From NCBI GenBank assembly GCA_963976695.1, contig CAXBMB010000003.1:27415-91414 (forward strand): 64,000 bases of DNA, in the 5' to 3' direction. Numbering within the stretch: position 1 is the stretch's first letter; each line of letters begins with the position of its first letter. Origin of the DNA: an uncultured Rhodovibrionaceae bacterium. Lineage in GTDB: Bacteria; Pseudomonadota; Alphaproteobacteria; Kiloniellales; DSM-21159. The notes below the pieces were generated by a model, which ran no database searches, had not been told where the DNA came from, and saw only the letters and a list, made by a program, of their open reading frames with translations. The position numbers were made by a program, and so were the translations under genes. Below are positions 55,588 through 64,000 of the stretch, one piece after another.

Positions 55588-56616
55588 CTAGCGCGCCTCG
55601 GCCCCGCGCCGGGCGCGGCGGTAGTGGCCTGGCGGAACCCCGACGCGCTGCTTGAAGGTCCGGCTGAAGTGGGCCTGATCGAAAAAACCGCAGTCCAGGG
55701 CGACAAGGCTGAGCGCCAGTCCTTGATCGAGCAGCGTCTTGGCGCGGGCCACGCGGCGATCCATTTGATAGACCTGCGGGGTAACGCCGACTTCCTTGCG
55801 GAAAGCCCGCAGCAGGTGAAAACGGCTAAACCCGGCCAGCTTGGCCAGGTCGGCCAGGTCAAGTTCCTCGTGGGCGTGGGCGTCCAAGTAATCCCGGACC
55901 CGCCGGATCGGCTGGCGCTCCCGGCCCAGTGTCTTTAGCGCGCTGCGCCGCTGGCCGTGCCGCAGCGCCAACTGCCCCATGGCGCCGAGGAACTCCCCAT
56001 CGACTTCAAGCCGGCTGCCGGTTCCCTCCAGGCGTCGATGCAGCAGCAGCAACCGGTGGGCCAGGGCTGGATCGTCGATCACCGCGCTGGGAAAGGAAAG
56101 ATAGGATTGCGGCTTTTCGGTCAGTTCCTCCAGCAGTCCGGAAAGAAGCGCCGGCGCCGGATAATACATGCGGTAGGAAAAGATCTCCTCGTCCGGCTGG
56201 CCATTGTGAAGCTCGCCGGGCTCGACCACCACCAATTGCCCGGCGCCCGCGACCCACTGTTCGCCACGATAGTAGAAGCGCTCGGCGCACTCGGTTATCA
56301 GGCCGACCGCGTAGGTGTCGTGGGTGTGCAGGGCATAGCTGTGCTTGCGATACCGGGCATTGAGACATTCCATGTCACCATAGCGCGCGGCCTTCCAGAA
56401 GTGGGCGACATCGGTTTGACCAAAGCCTTCCGGATCCACAACCCCCGACGCGGCGATGCCCGGCGCGACGATCCCCGGCGCCATCCCACTGGGGGTCTGA
56501 TTTTCGGGCAGCCGATTTTCTGGAGTCGTCGCTTGGGCAACCGCTTCTTTCGGCGCGGCGACGTCAAAGTCGCTGGCCTGTTGCTGGGTGATGCCGTGAC
56601 GGCTGTAGGTTTGCAT
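55588..56616 (-). CDS. AraC-family transcriptional regulator (cupin-like N-domain)
   Basis: C-terminal double HTH: LADLAKLAGFSRFHLLRAFRKEVGVTPQVYQ...ALDCGFFDQAHFSRTFK. The start at MQTYSRHG is preferred. Confidence 0.82.
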   Translation of the reverse strand: MQTYSRHGITQQQASDFDVAAPKEAVAQATTPENRLPENQTPSGMAPGIVAPGIAASGVVDPEGFGQTDVAHFWKAARYGDMECLNARYRKHSYALHTHDTYAVGLITECAERFYYRGEQWVAGAGQLVVVEPGELHNGQPDEEIFSYRMYYPAPALLSGLLEELTEKPQSYLSFPSAVIDDPALAHRLLLLHRRLEGTGSRLEVDGEFLGAMGQLALRHGQRRSALKTLGRERQPIRRVRDYLDAHAHEELDLADLAKLAGFSRFHLLRAFRKEVGVTPQVYQMDRRVARAKTLLDQGLALSLVALDCGFFDQAHFSRTFKQRVGVPPGHYRRARRGAEAR

Positions 56617-56899
56617 GGGCGACAGTCTCGCGTGTGATCGACCAGGAAAGCAGCGCTTGGCGCTTCGGTTCTGTCGTGATTCCGACTCTAGTGCAGAACC
56701 AGGGGCCGGTTTTGTAGAAACTTGCGCTGTCGGTGATTTTATTTTTCGTCGCCAGTTGGAAGCGGGCTGGCGATCCGCGTCGCAGCGCTTGGCGGGAAAT
56801 ATACCGGGGCGACTTATACTGGGACGACATATAACTGTCACAAAAAAATCATCAAACTGCGATGGCAGCCGGCGCGCATACTTTGATATTTCTCAAATT

Positions 56900-57211
56900 A
56901 TGAACGATGAACACGCCCTGGCGGCTTTTGCCGCCCTCGCCCAACCGACCCGCTTGGCGGCTTTTCGGCTGCTGGTTCGACATTTTCCGGAAGGTTTGGC
57001 CGCCGGAGAGTTGGCGCTGCTGCTCGACGTCACCCCGGCCACGCTGTCCTTTCATCTTGGCAATCTGGAGCGTTCGCGCCTGCTGACCTCGACGCGGCAG
57101 GGCCGGAAGATAATCTATCGGATCGAGGTCAAGGGCACGCGCGGTCTGCTGGACTTTCTGATGCAGGACTGTTGCATGGGGCGCCCCGATCTGTGCGGCC
57201 TGGCCGGATAG
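56900..57211 (+). CDS. arsR: ArsR/SmtB-family metalloregulator with a C-terminal Cys cluster
   Basis: HTH: LAQPTRLAAFRLL...AGELALLLDVTPATLSFHLGNLERSRLL. C-terminus: DCCMGRPDLC. Confidence 0.82.
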   Translation: MNDEHALAAFAALAQPTRLAAFRLLVRHFPEGLAAGELALLLDVTPATLSFHLGNLERSRLLTSTRQGRKIIYRIEVKGTRGLLDFLMQDCCMGRPDLCGLAG

Positions 57212-57273
57212 TCGTCAGCGCCGTGCGGGCAAGGCGCGCGGCGACGAGGCGGAACTTTAATTTGGTGACTTTG

Positions 57274-57810
57274 ATGACCGCTCAACCCTACAGCGTGCTT
57301 TTTATTTGCACCGGAAACTCCGCCCGCTCGATCATGGCCGAGGTGTTGCTGAACAGCCTGGGGAACGGCCGTTTCAGGGCCTTTTCCGCCGGCAGTCGTC
57401 CCACCGGCCAGATCAATCAACGGGTCGTCAAGCTGCTGCGGTCGATGGGCCATGACGTCGATCACCTGGCCAGCAAAAGCTGGGAGGTTTTTGAGCGTGC
57501 GACGGCGCCGCAGATGGATTTTATCTTCACCGTCTGCGACAACGCCGCCGGCGAGGTTTGCCCGGTTTGGCCGGGTCATCCCATAACCACCCATTGGCCT
57601 TTTCCCGATCCCGCCGGCTTAACAGGCAGCGAGGCGGCCATCGCCGTTCAACTGGCCGATGTCTATCGCATGATCGCCCGCCGGATCGACGGTTTTGTCG
57701 GCCTGCCGGTTGACTCGCTGGATCGACTGTCGCTTCGTCGGGCGTTGCAGGACCTGGGCGCCAAAGGCGAAGACAAGCGTCAAACGGGATCAGGTCGCGG
57801 TTCCATTTAA
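57274..57810 (+). CDS. arsC: Arsenate reductase, low-molecular-weight phosphatase (LMW-PTP) type
   Basis: P-loop LFICTGNSARS. A second Cys pair lies in TVCDNAAGEVCP. Confidence 0.82.
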   Translation: MTAQPYSVLFICTGNSARSIMAEVLLNSLGNGRFRAFSAGSRPTGQINQRVVKLLRSMGHDVDHLASKSWEVFERATAPQMDFIFTVCDNAAGEVCPVWPGHPITTHWPFPDPAGLTGSEAAIAVQLADVYRMIARRIDGFVGLPVDSLDRLSLRRALQDLGAKGEDKRQTGSGRGSI

Positions 57811-57823
57811 ACCGATCCTGACT

Positions 57824-58987
57824 CTAAAGCGGGTCGAGACGCAGCAGTTTTCCCCGCGCCGCGTCGGTCAGCAGGTAGAGCAGGCCGTCGGGGCCCTGTC
57901 GGACATCGCGGATGCGGCCGTATTCGCCCGCCAGGAGCTGTTCCTCCCGCACCACCTTGGCGCCCGCCAGTTCCAGACGAGACAGCAGTTGGTACTTGAG
58001 CGCCCCGACGAACAGGTTGCCTTTCCAGCCCGGATAGGCCTCGCTGGTGAGGAAGGCCATGCCGGAGGGGGCGATGGAGGGGGTCCAGTGGTACTGCGGC
58101 GGTTCCAGGCCTTCTTGCGCGCTTTTCCCCTGGCCCACGGGCGTGCCGGAGTAGTTGACGCCAAAGGAAACCAGAGGCCAGCCATAGTTGGCGCCGGCCA
58201 GCAGGCGGTTAACCTCGTCGCCGCCCTTGGGGCCGTGCTCCAACTCCCAGATTTCTCGGCGTTGGGGGTTGAAGGCCAGGCCCTGCGGATTGCGATGACC
58301 GAAGCTGAAGATCGCCGGATCGAAGCCGGGCCGGCCGACGAAGGGATTGTCCGCCGGAACGCGGCCGTCGTCCCGCAGCCGCAGCACCGACCCGGCGGCG
58401 TCGCTCGGGTCTTGCGCGCGCTGCGCGGCGTCGCGGTCGCCGACGGTGATGTAGAGATAGTCTTGATCGTCAAAAGCCAGCCGCGATCCAAATTGCAGCC
58501 CGCTGGGGGTTTTACGCTTGAGGTCAAAGATAACCCGGCTTTCGACCAGCCGATCGCCGACCAGGCGGTAACGGATAACCCTGGTGCCCAGGTTCTGCGG
58601 CGCCCCCTGGCGATCATTGGTCGATAGGCTGAGATACAGCCAGCCGGTTTCGTCAAATCGCGGATGAAGGGCGATGTCCAGCAGTCCGCCTTGGCCCCTG
58701 GCCACCACGCGGGCCAGCCCCGCCACCGGCTTGGGCAGCAAGACGCCGTCCCTGAAAATCCGCAGACGGCCTGGACGCTCGGTAATCAGCAGGTCGCCGT
58801 TGGGTCGAAAGGCCAGCCCCCAGGGATATTCCAGCTGCTCGGTCAGCACCGTGACGCGAAAGGCCTGCTTCGCGCTTTGAAAAACCTTTGTCTGCGCCGC
58901 CGCCTGGAACAGCCCGGAGGCGAGCAGTTGCAAGGCGAAGAAAAGCACAAAGCTCAGGGCGATGCGGGAAGTGCTGGAGAGGGGCAT
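57824..58987 (-). CDS. PQQ-dependent soluble sugar (glucose/sorbosone) dehydrogenase, beta-propeller
   Basis: Signal peptide, then YPWGLAFRPNGDLLITERPGRLRI, GGLLDIALHP, FGHRNPQGLAF, GPDGLLYLLTD. Confidence 0.8.
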   Translation of the reverse strand: MPLSSTSRIALSFVLFFALQLLASGLFQAAAQTKVFQSAKQAFRVTVLTEQLEYPWGLAFRPNGDLLITERPGRLRIFRDGVLLPKPVAGLARVVARGQGGLLDIALHPRFDETGWLYLSLSTNDRQGAPQNLGTRVIRYRLVGDRLVESRVIFDLKRKTPSGLQFGSRLAFDDQDYLYITVGDRDAAQRAQDPSDAAGSVLRLRDDGRVPADNPFVGRPGFDPAIFSFGHRNPQGLAFNPQRREIWELEHGPKGGDEVNRLLAGANYGWPLVSFGVNYSGTPVGQGKSAQEGLEPPQYHWTPSIAPSGMAFLTSEAYPGWKGNLFVGALKYQLLSRLELAGAKVVREEQLLAGEYGRIRDVRQGPDGLLYLLTDAARGKLLRLDPL

Positions 58988-59039
58988 GGGGTCCTCCTGT
59001 CGCGCCAAAGTTGGATCGGTTCAAACCGTGACTGCGCCG

Positions 59040-60401
59040 TTAGACGTTGAGCAGCAGATGTTCGCGCTCCCAGGAGGAGATCACCTGCTGATAGGCATCC
59101 AATTCGGCTTCCTTGACCGCCTGCATTGCCGAGACGAACTGTTCTCCCAGAACCTGTTTGAGCGGCTTGGAGGTGGTGAGGCGGTTGAGACTGTCATACA
59201 GGGTTCGTGGCAGGGTGTGGGCCAGGCGATAGGCGTCGCCTTCAATCGGCTGACGGGGTTTGCGGTTTTCGGTTATGCCCAGGTAGCCACAGGCCAGCGA
59301 GCCGGCGATGGCCAGATAGGGATTGGCGTCCGCGCCGCTCATGCGGTTTTCCACCCGCCGGGCGTCGGCGTCGGAGTAGGGCACCCGCAGCCCCACCGTG
59401 CGGTTGTCGATGCCCCAGTGTGAGTTGATCGGGGCGTCGCTATCCGGGATCAGGCGGCGGTAGGAGTTGACGTTTGGCGCGAACAGCGGCAGGGCGGCGG
59501 GCAGGTAATGCTGCAACCCGCCAATGTAGCTCAGGAACAGCGCGGTGTTCTCGCCCTTCTTGGTGGCAAAGAGGTTCTGCCTGGTTTTAGAGTTGACCAG
59601 CGACTGATGCAGATGCATCGAGCTGCCGGGCTGGCCCTGCATCGGCTTGGCCATGAAAGTCGCGAAAACCTTGTGGCGCAGCCCGGCTTCGCGCACCGTT
59701 CGTTTGAATAGAAAGGCTTGGTCGGCTTGCAGCAGGGCCTCGCAATGTTCGAAGTTCATCTCCATTTGCGCGGCCCCGGATTCATGAACCAGGGTATCGA
59801 TGTCGATGCCCTGAACTTCACAAAAGTCGTAGATTTCCTCGAACATCGGGTCGAACTCATTAACCGCGTCAACGCCATAGGCTTGACGGCTGGTTTCCCG
59901 CCGCCCGGACCGTCCGATGGGCGGGCGCAGGGGGTAGTCGTGATCGTCGGTCGGTTCGACCAGATAAAACTCCATCTCCGCCGCCACGATGGGGGTGATG
60001 TTCATCTCGGCAAACAGCGTGACGATCCGCTTCAGGACCTGACGGGCGGAAAAGGGCACCGGCGAGTCGTCGCGGTAAAAAGCGTCACAGATAATTTGCG
60101 CGGTGGGGTCGCTGTACCAGGGCACCAGACGAATGGTGCTGGCATCGGGCTTCAAGAAGATGTCGGAGGTCGCGGGGTTGGTGACCTGGACCTTTTCTTC
60201 CGCTGGATAGCTGCCGGTAACCGTCTGCACAAAAACCGATTCTGGAAGGCGCAGCCCCTTGCTTTTCATTCCGGATAGAAATTTGTGGGCGGGGAGGATC
60301 TTGCCGCGTGCAATACCCGCCATGTCGGGCACCAAGCACTCGACTTCCTCAATGCGGTGCTTTTTCAAAAACTCTTCAATTTCGCTCATGAAGGAACTCA
60401 T
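59040..60401 (-). CDS. Glutamine synthetase family protein (gamma-glutamyl-amine synthetase, PuuA-like)
   Basis: 453 aa. GS beta-grasp N-domain (VECLVPDMAGIARGK) and catalytic domain (HESGAAQMEMNF, GSSMHLHQSL, NSYRRL, DNRTVGLRVP). Confidence 0.8.
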   Translation of the reverse strand: MSSFMSEIEEFLKKHRIEEVECLVPDMAGIARGKILPAHKFLSGMKSKGLRLPESVFVQTVTGSYPAEEKVQVTNPATSDIFLKPDASTIRLVPWYSDPTAQIICDAFYRDDSPVPFSARQVLKRIVTLFAEMNITPIVAAEMEFYLVEPTDDHDYPLRPPIGRSGRRETSRQAYGVDAVNEFDPMFEEIYDFCEVQGIDIDTLVHESGAAQMEMNFEHCEALLQADQAFLFKRTVREAGLRHKVFATFMAKPMQGQPGSSMHLHQSLVNSKTRQNLFATKKGENTALFLSYIGGLQHYLPAALPLFAPNVNSYRRLIPDSDAPINSHWGIDNRTVGLRVPYSDADARRVENRMSGADANPYLAIAGSLACGYLGITENRKPRQPIEGDAYRLAHTLPRTLYDSLNRLTTSKPLKQVLGEQFVSAMQAVKEAELDAYQQVISSWEREHLLLNV

Positions 60402-60452
60402 GCGGTTTCACCCTGTGGTTTTCGACGGATCGCGAAAAACCTGGGCTGTCGT

Positions 60453-60522
60453 CCCCCAATTCTCTCACGCGGTAACCCTTGCGCCGCCAAAGAAAATTGG
60501 GGGTCAAACAGCGGCGCAAGGG
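60453..60522 (-). other. Interleaved 9-bp and 12-bp complementary segments (pseudoknot-capable) in the leader of the GS-like gene
   Basis: Plus-strand cccccaatt (60453-61) pairs with aattggggg (60495-503). cccttgcgccgc (60476-87) pairs with gcggcgcaaggg (60511-22). The order is S2a-S1a-S2b-S1b. Confidence 0.4.
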
Positions 60523-60707
60523 GACGAAAATCATCAATTGGCGTCGAGCCGCCGCGCGCCTGGCCCGGCCGTCCTGGCGCCAGGCCGGACGTCCGACGTC
60601 GGACATCCGTGGCGAGAACCCAAGACCTGCTGCCGGCGATTGCGGCAACTGCGGCAAGGCGCGAAACGGGAGTGACCCTGTGACAAGGTTCGCCCAAAAA
60701 TTTGGCG

Positions 60708-60782
60708 GCCGATAACACAGCCACCGATAACAAAGTCACCGACACTAAAGTCACCGACAACAAAGTTATCGACAACGAAACC
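60708..60782. repeat. 15-bp tandem repeat x5 (ACCGAYAAYAAAGTC-like)
   Basis: gccgataacacagcc / accgataacaaagtc / accgacactaaagtc / accgacaacaaagtt / atcgacaacgaaacc. Confidence 0.95.
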
Positions 60783-60936
60783 AGCGAGGCGAAGGATGGA
60801 CTGCTGATCCGTCATCTCTTCCCCGCTCGGCCACCAGCGGGCGGACGCCGGTCGAAACAGCCGACGATCAGTTTGACCACCGGCGGCTTGATTGGGACCC
60901 TTGCCCGGGACAAGCATGCCGTCGGCCATCGCCAAT

Positions 60937-60966
60937 GGCAAGAGGGCAGGTGGCAAGAGGGCAGGT
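60937..60966. repeat. 15-bp exact tandem repeat x2 (GGCAAGAGGGCAGGT)
   Basis: Read directly, in the spacer upstream of the OmpA-like gene. Confidence 0.95.
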
Positions 60967-61134
60967 CGGCGCGCTCCGCGTTGTATGCGCGTGACGCGGT
61001 TCGACCCGCTGGCGACGCGCCTGCCAAGATAGGGCGAATTTTAGACATCTTTCAGTTGTAGCCTTCCGCCCAGAGGCTAAATAGGGGTTAAATTAAGCGG
61101 CAGACCTTTTTTGGAACCGGTTCGTACAGTGAGG

Positions 61135-61671
61135 ATGAGTAACGACATGCTCCTATTCCAGTCGTCCATTCAGCGTGCTGAAAGCTCAGCCAGTCCTGCA
61201 AAAAACCGTCGCCCGAAGCGGGGTATCGTCACGCTCTTGGTGGCCTTGGCCCTGTCGGCGGTCGTATTGCCGAGTACGCAGGCCTGGGCGCAGGAATGCA
61301 GAATTCGCTCCGGCGGCAAGGCGACCGGCGGGCCGACGGTGGTTTACTTCGATGTGTCCTCCGCCAAGCTCAAGTCCGAGGGCCAGGCGGCCTTGGATGC
61401 GATCAGCGCCCGCTATAAGGGTGTTCCCGGCGTGGAGATTTGCTTGATCGGCCAGGCGGACGCCACCGGAAACGTCAACCTCAATGAGGCGTTGGTTAAG
61501 CGGCGCATCGCGACCGTCGAAAACTATTTGAAGACGCAGGGCCTGGACGGGCTTCCTTACCAGACCAAGGTTCGCAGTCAAGCCTTCGGCGAAACCTTTA
61601 TTGGCCGGATCGTTGGCAAAACCGCCTTCGAAAGCGACCGCCGCGTGGAAATCAAGGTTATCGAATATTAA
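61135..61671 (+). CDS. OmpA-family (OmpA_C-like peptidoglycan-binding) protein
   Basis: Signal-like LLVALALSAVVLPSTQAWA. OmpA_C-like core: VYFDVSSAKLKSEGQAALD, GQADATGNVNLNEALVKRRIATV, DRRVEI. Start at 61135 (after GTGAGG) or 61111. Confidence 0.78.
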   Translation: MSNDMLLFQSSIQRAESSASPAKNRRPKRGIVTLLVALALSAVVLPSTQAWAQECRIRSGGKATGGPTVVYFDVSSAKLKSEGQAALDAISARYKGVPGVEICLIGQADATGNVNLNEALVKRRIATVENYLKTQGLDGLPYQTKVRSQAFGETFIGRIVGKTAFESDRRVEIKVIEY

Positions 61672-61852
61672 CCTGCGGCCGGCAAAGCCACCCCCCGGTT
61701 CGCCGTTCAAAACGCGGCCGTCACAGCCGCGCCGCCGCCGCCCGCGCTGACGGCGGGACAGCCTGCTTGTCGGGGCCGGCCACGCAAGCCAATTCAGGGC
61801 GCGGTCACGACCGCATGCACGCGCCAAGCGCGTCGGCCTCGGTTGATCGCGT

Positions 61853-62971
61853 CTAGAGTTGCAAAGCCTCCTGCGGCTTGGTGTAGTCCAGGCCGTGGGC
61901 CTCGGCCACCGCTTTGTAGGTGATCTTGCCGTGCGCCACGTTCAGGCCGTTCATCAGGTGCGGATTGTCGGCCAGGGCCTTGCGGTAGCCTTTGTTGGCC
62001 AGGGCCAGGGCAAAGGGCAGGGTGGCGTTGTTCAGCGCGTGGGTCGAGGTGCGCGCCAGCGCGCCGGGCATGTTGGCGACACAGTAGTGCACCACGTCGT
62101 CGATGATATAGATCGGATCGCTGTGGGTCGTGGCCTTGGAGGTTTCGAAGCAACCGCCCTGATCGATGGCGATATCGACCAGGACCGACCCCGCCTTCAT
62201 GCGCGAGATCATCTCGCGGGTGACCAGCTTGGGCGCTTCGGCCCCCGGCACCAGCACCGCGCCGATCACCAGATCGGCCGACAGTACGCAGTCTTCGATC
62301 GAATCGACGGTGGAATAGATCGTGTTGAGTTCCCGGCCAAACTGCATATCCAGTTCCGCCAATCGCTCCAGCGAGCGGTCGATCACCGTCACCTTGGCTT
62401 CCATGCCCATGGCCATGCGCACGGCGTTGGTGCCCGAGACGCCGCCGCCGATCACCACCACATTGGCGGCGGCGACGCCGGGGACGCCGCCCAACAGGAT
62501 GCCGGCCCCGCCCTGGCGTTTTTCCAGGCAATGGGCGCCAACCTGCACCGACATGCGTCCGGCGACCTCGCTCATCGGGGCGAGCAGCGGCAGGCGGTTG
62601 TGCCGGTCGGTGACCGTTTCGTAAGCCACCGCCACGCAGCCGGACTTGATCAGACCCTGGGTCTGCGGCAGGTCGGGCGCCAGGTGCAGATAGGTAAAGA
62701 GCAGTTGGTCTTGGCGCAGCATCTCGCACTCGACCGCCTGGGGTTCCTTGACCTTGATGATCATGTCGGCGGCGTCGAACACCTGCTTGGCGCTGTCTAA
62801 AATGCGGGCGCCGACAGCTTGATAGGCGGCGTCGTCATAGCCGATGCCAGCGCCGGCGTTGGTTTCGATCACCACCTCGTGGCCGTGATGGATGAATTCG
62901 CGAACGCTGGCGGGAATCAGGCCAACGCGATACTCTTCCGTCTTGATTTCCTTGGGCACACCGATGCGCAT
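61853..62971 (-). CDS. ald: Alanine dehydrogenase
   Basis: [18 protein letters not shown]. Rossmann motif [13 protein letters not shown]. 372 aa. RBS AAGGAG 9 nt upstream of the ATG at 62971. Confidence 0.92.
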   Translation of the reverse strand: MRIGVPKEIKTEEYRVGLIPASVREFIHHGHEVVIETNAGAGIGYDDAAYQAVGARILDSAKQVFDAADMIIKVKEPQAVECEMLRQDQLLFTYLHLAPDLPQTQGLIKSGCVAVAYETVTDRHNRLPLLAPMSEVAGRMSVQVGAHCLEKRQGGAGILLGGVPGVAAANVVVIGGGVSGTNAVRMAMGMEAKVTVIDRSLERLAELDMQFGRELNTIYSTVDSIEDCVLSADLVIGAVLVPGAEAPKLVTREMISRMKAGSVLVDIAIDQGGCFETSKATTHSDPIYIIDDVVHYCVANMPGALARTSTHALNNATLPFALALANKGYRKALADNPHLMNGLNVAHGKITYKAVAEAHGLDYTKPQEALQL

Positions 62972-63035
62972 GGCCAAAGGCTCCTTTTTTGTTGAATGCT
63001 TCCCAGCGGGAGGTTTGTTTGGGGCGGTTTTGGGT

Positions 63036-63071
63036 AAAAAATTAGGGGAGCTTCTCGTTGGAAGCTCCCCT
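63036..63071 (-). terminator. Rho-independent terminator after the aminotransferase gene
   Basis: On the minus strand an 11-bp stem (aggggagcttc / gaagctcccct) with a 6-nt loop is followed by aatttttt. Confidence 0.85.
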
Positions 63072-63084
63072 TTTACAGGTTCGA

Positions 63085-64000
63085 TCAGTCCAGTTCAGAA
63101 AGAACTTTGCGTAGGATGTGGACTATTTCGTCAATCTGTTCTTTCGAAATGATCAGCGGCGGGGACAAGGCGATGATGTCGCCGGTCACCCGGACCAAGA
63201 GCCCGGCGTCGAAGCACCTCTTGAAGGCTTCGTAGGCCCGGACCGTCGGGGCGCCCTCGCGCGGCGCCAGTTCGATGCCGGCGATGAGGCCCAGGTTTCG
63301 AATGTCGATGACGTGGCGTGCGTCGCCAAGCGAATGAATCGCGTCCTCCCAGTAGCCCGACAGCGCCGCGCCGCGCTCAAACAACCCGTCCTGCTGATAA
63401 GTCTCCAAGGTCGCCAGCGCGGCGGCGGCGGCGACCGGATGGCCGGAGTAGGTGTAGCCGTGGAATAGTTCGATGGTGCTGCCGGTGTCATCGGCCCAAT
63501 CGGTGAAGGCGTCGTAGATGCCTTCCCGGCAGATAACCGCGCCCATGGGGATCACGCCGTTGGTCAGTCCCTTGGCGCAGGTGATCATATCGGGCTGTAC
63601 ACCAAAGTATTCGGTCGCGAACCCGGTGCCGAGGCGACCGAACCCGGTGATCACCTCGTCGAAAATCAGCAAGATGCCGTGCTTGTCGCAAATCTCGCGC
63701 AGCCGCTTGAGATAGCCCTTGGGGGGAATCAGCACGCCGGTGGAGCCGGCCACCGGCTCGACAATCACCGCGGCGATGGTTGAGGGATCATGCAGCGCGC
63801 AGATTCGCTCCAACTCGTCGGCGTACTCCGCGCCGTGCTCGGGGATGCCCCGGGTGTGGGCGTTGCGGCTCAGGTCGTGGGTGTGGGGAAGGTGATCCAC
63901 GCCGTTGATCAGCGGGCCCCAGAACATCCGATTCTTGACAATGCCGCCGACCGAGATGCCGCCAAAGCCGACGCCGTGATAGCCGCGCTCGCGACCGATC
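63085..64000 (-). CDS. Class III PLP-dependent aminotransferase (omega-amino acid/beta-alanine--pyruvate type); 5' end beyond the window
   Basis: IVEPVAGSTGVLIPPKGYL, LLIFDEVITGFGRLG, and the PLP lysine context ITCAKGLTNG. The frame stays open to nt 64000. Confidence 0.85.
   Translation of the reverse strand, partial: IGRERGYHGVGFGGISVGGIVKNRMFWGPLINGVDHLPHTHDLSRNAHTRGIPEHGAEYADELERICALHDPSTIAAVIVEPVAGSTGVLIPPKGYLKRLREICDKHGILLIFDEVITGFGRLGTGFATEYFGVQPDMITCAKGLTNGVIPMGAVICREGIYDAFTDWADDTGSTIELFHGYTYSGHPVAAAAALATLETYQQDGLFERGAALSGYWEDAIHSLGDARHVIDIRNLGLIAGIELAPREGAPTVRAYEAFKRCFDAGLLVRVTGDIIALSPPLIISKEQIDEIVHILRKVLSELD

Noticed and set aside
60398-60956. ORFs 60398..60775 (-), 60534..60956 (-), 60259..60675 (+) and 60285..60683 (+) in the GS-like / OmpA-like spacer.
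   Set aside because: These are mutually overlapping frames across a repeat- and palindrome-rich spacer. The translations are low-complexity, and there are no RBS or motifs.

Overview
High-GC (roughly 60-65% by eye) chromosomal segment. The gene content looks alphaproteobacterial: betI-betA, a SahR-like regulator with metF, DUF1127, a DUF2160-containing glycerol ABC locus, azlCD and hrpB. I call 54 protein-coding genes. I recognise no rRNA, tRNA, CRISPR array, transposase, integrase or phage gene. Many long ORFs in the six-frame track are antisense or upstream-extension artefacts of high GC. Modules from left to right: (1) 1-18.9 kb is a quaternary-amine / one-carbon island. It holds two tandem dimethylglycine/sarcosine-dehydrogenase-family genes, a LysR regulator, an SDR, a CMO/GbcA-type Rieske oxygenase, an orphan Cache-type histidine kinase, betI-betA without betB, a ProXWV/ChoXWV-type importer, a HAD hydrolase and a betaine-homocysteine methyltransferase. 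(2) hrpB, a beta-carbonic anhydrase, a TetR regulator and hspQ. (3) A SahR-like regulator, metF, and a translationally coupled homocysteine-methyltransferase-like domain that appears degenerate. (4) A CDP-alcohol phosphatidyltransferase with a TehB-like methyltransferase, then hemN behind an FNR/FixK-type box. (5) A glycerol regulon: glpK, glpR, glpD, two ATPases, two permeases, DUF2160 and a binding protein. (6) A gamma-butyrobetaine-hydroxylase-like dioxygenase, creA, and a GT41 (SPINDLY-like) / CmoB-like methyltransferase fusion. (7) An argE-like/HAD/AbrB operon, LysR with DUF1127, nadK, AraC-azlCD, arsRC and a PQQ sugar dehydrogenase. (8) A GS-like gene, OmpA-like gene, ald and an omega-aminotransferase. 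I do not see a self-evident new multi-gene system such as a defence, secretion or mobile module. The unusual items are: (a) the metF-coupled homocysteine-binding domain that has lost its zinc-cysteine motif; (b) an interleaved, pseudoknot-capable pair of 12-bp and 9-bp helices in the leader of the GS-like gene; (c) a GT41-methyltransferase fusion; (d) a striking number of 10-17 bp tandem direct repeats in intergenic spacers and at gene 3' ends; (e) a choline/betaine island with no betB, a partner-less Rieske oxygenase and an orphan Cache kinase. All functional calls come from motif and collinearity recognition by eye. No database search was run.
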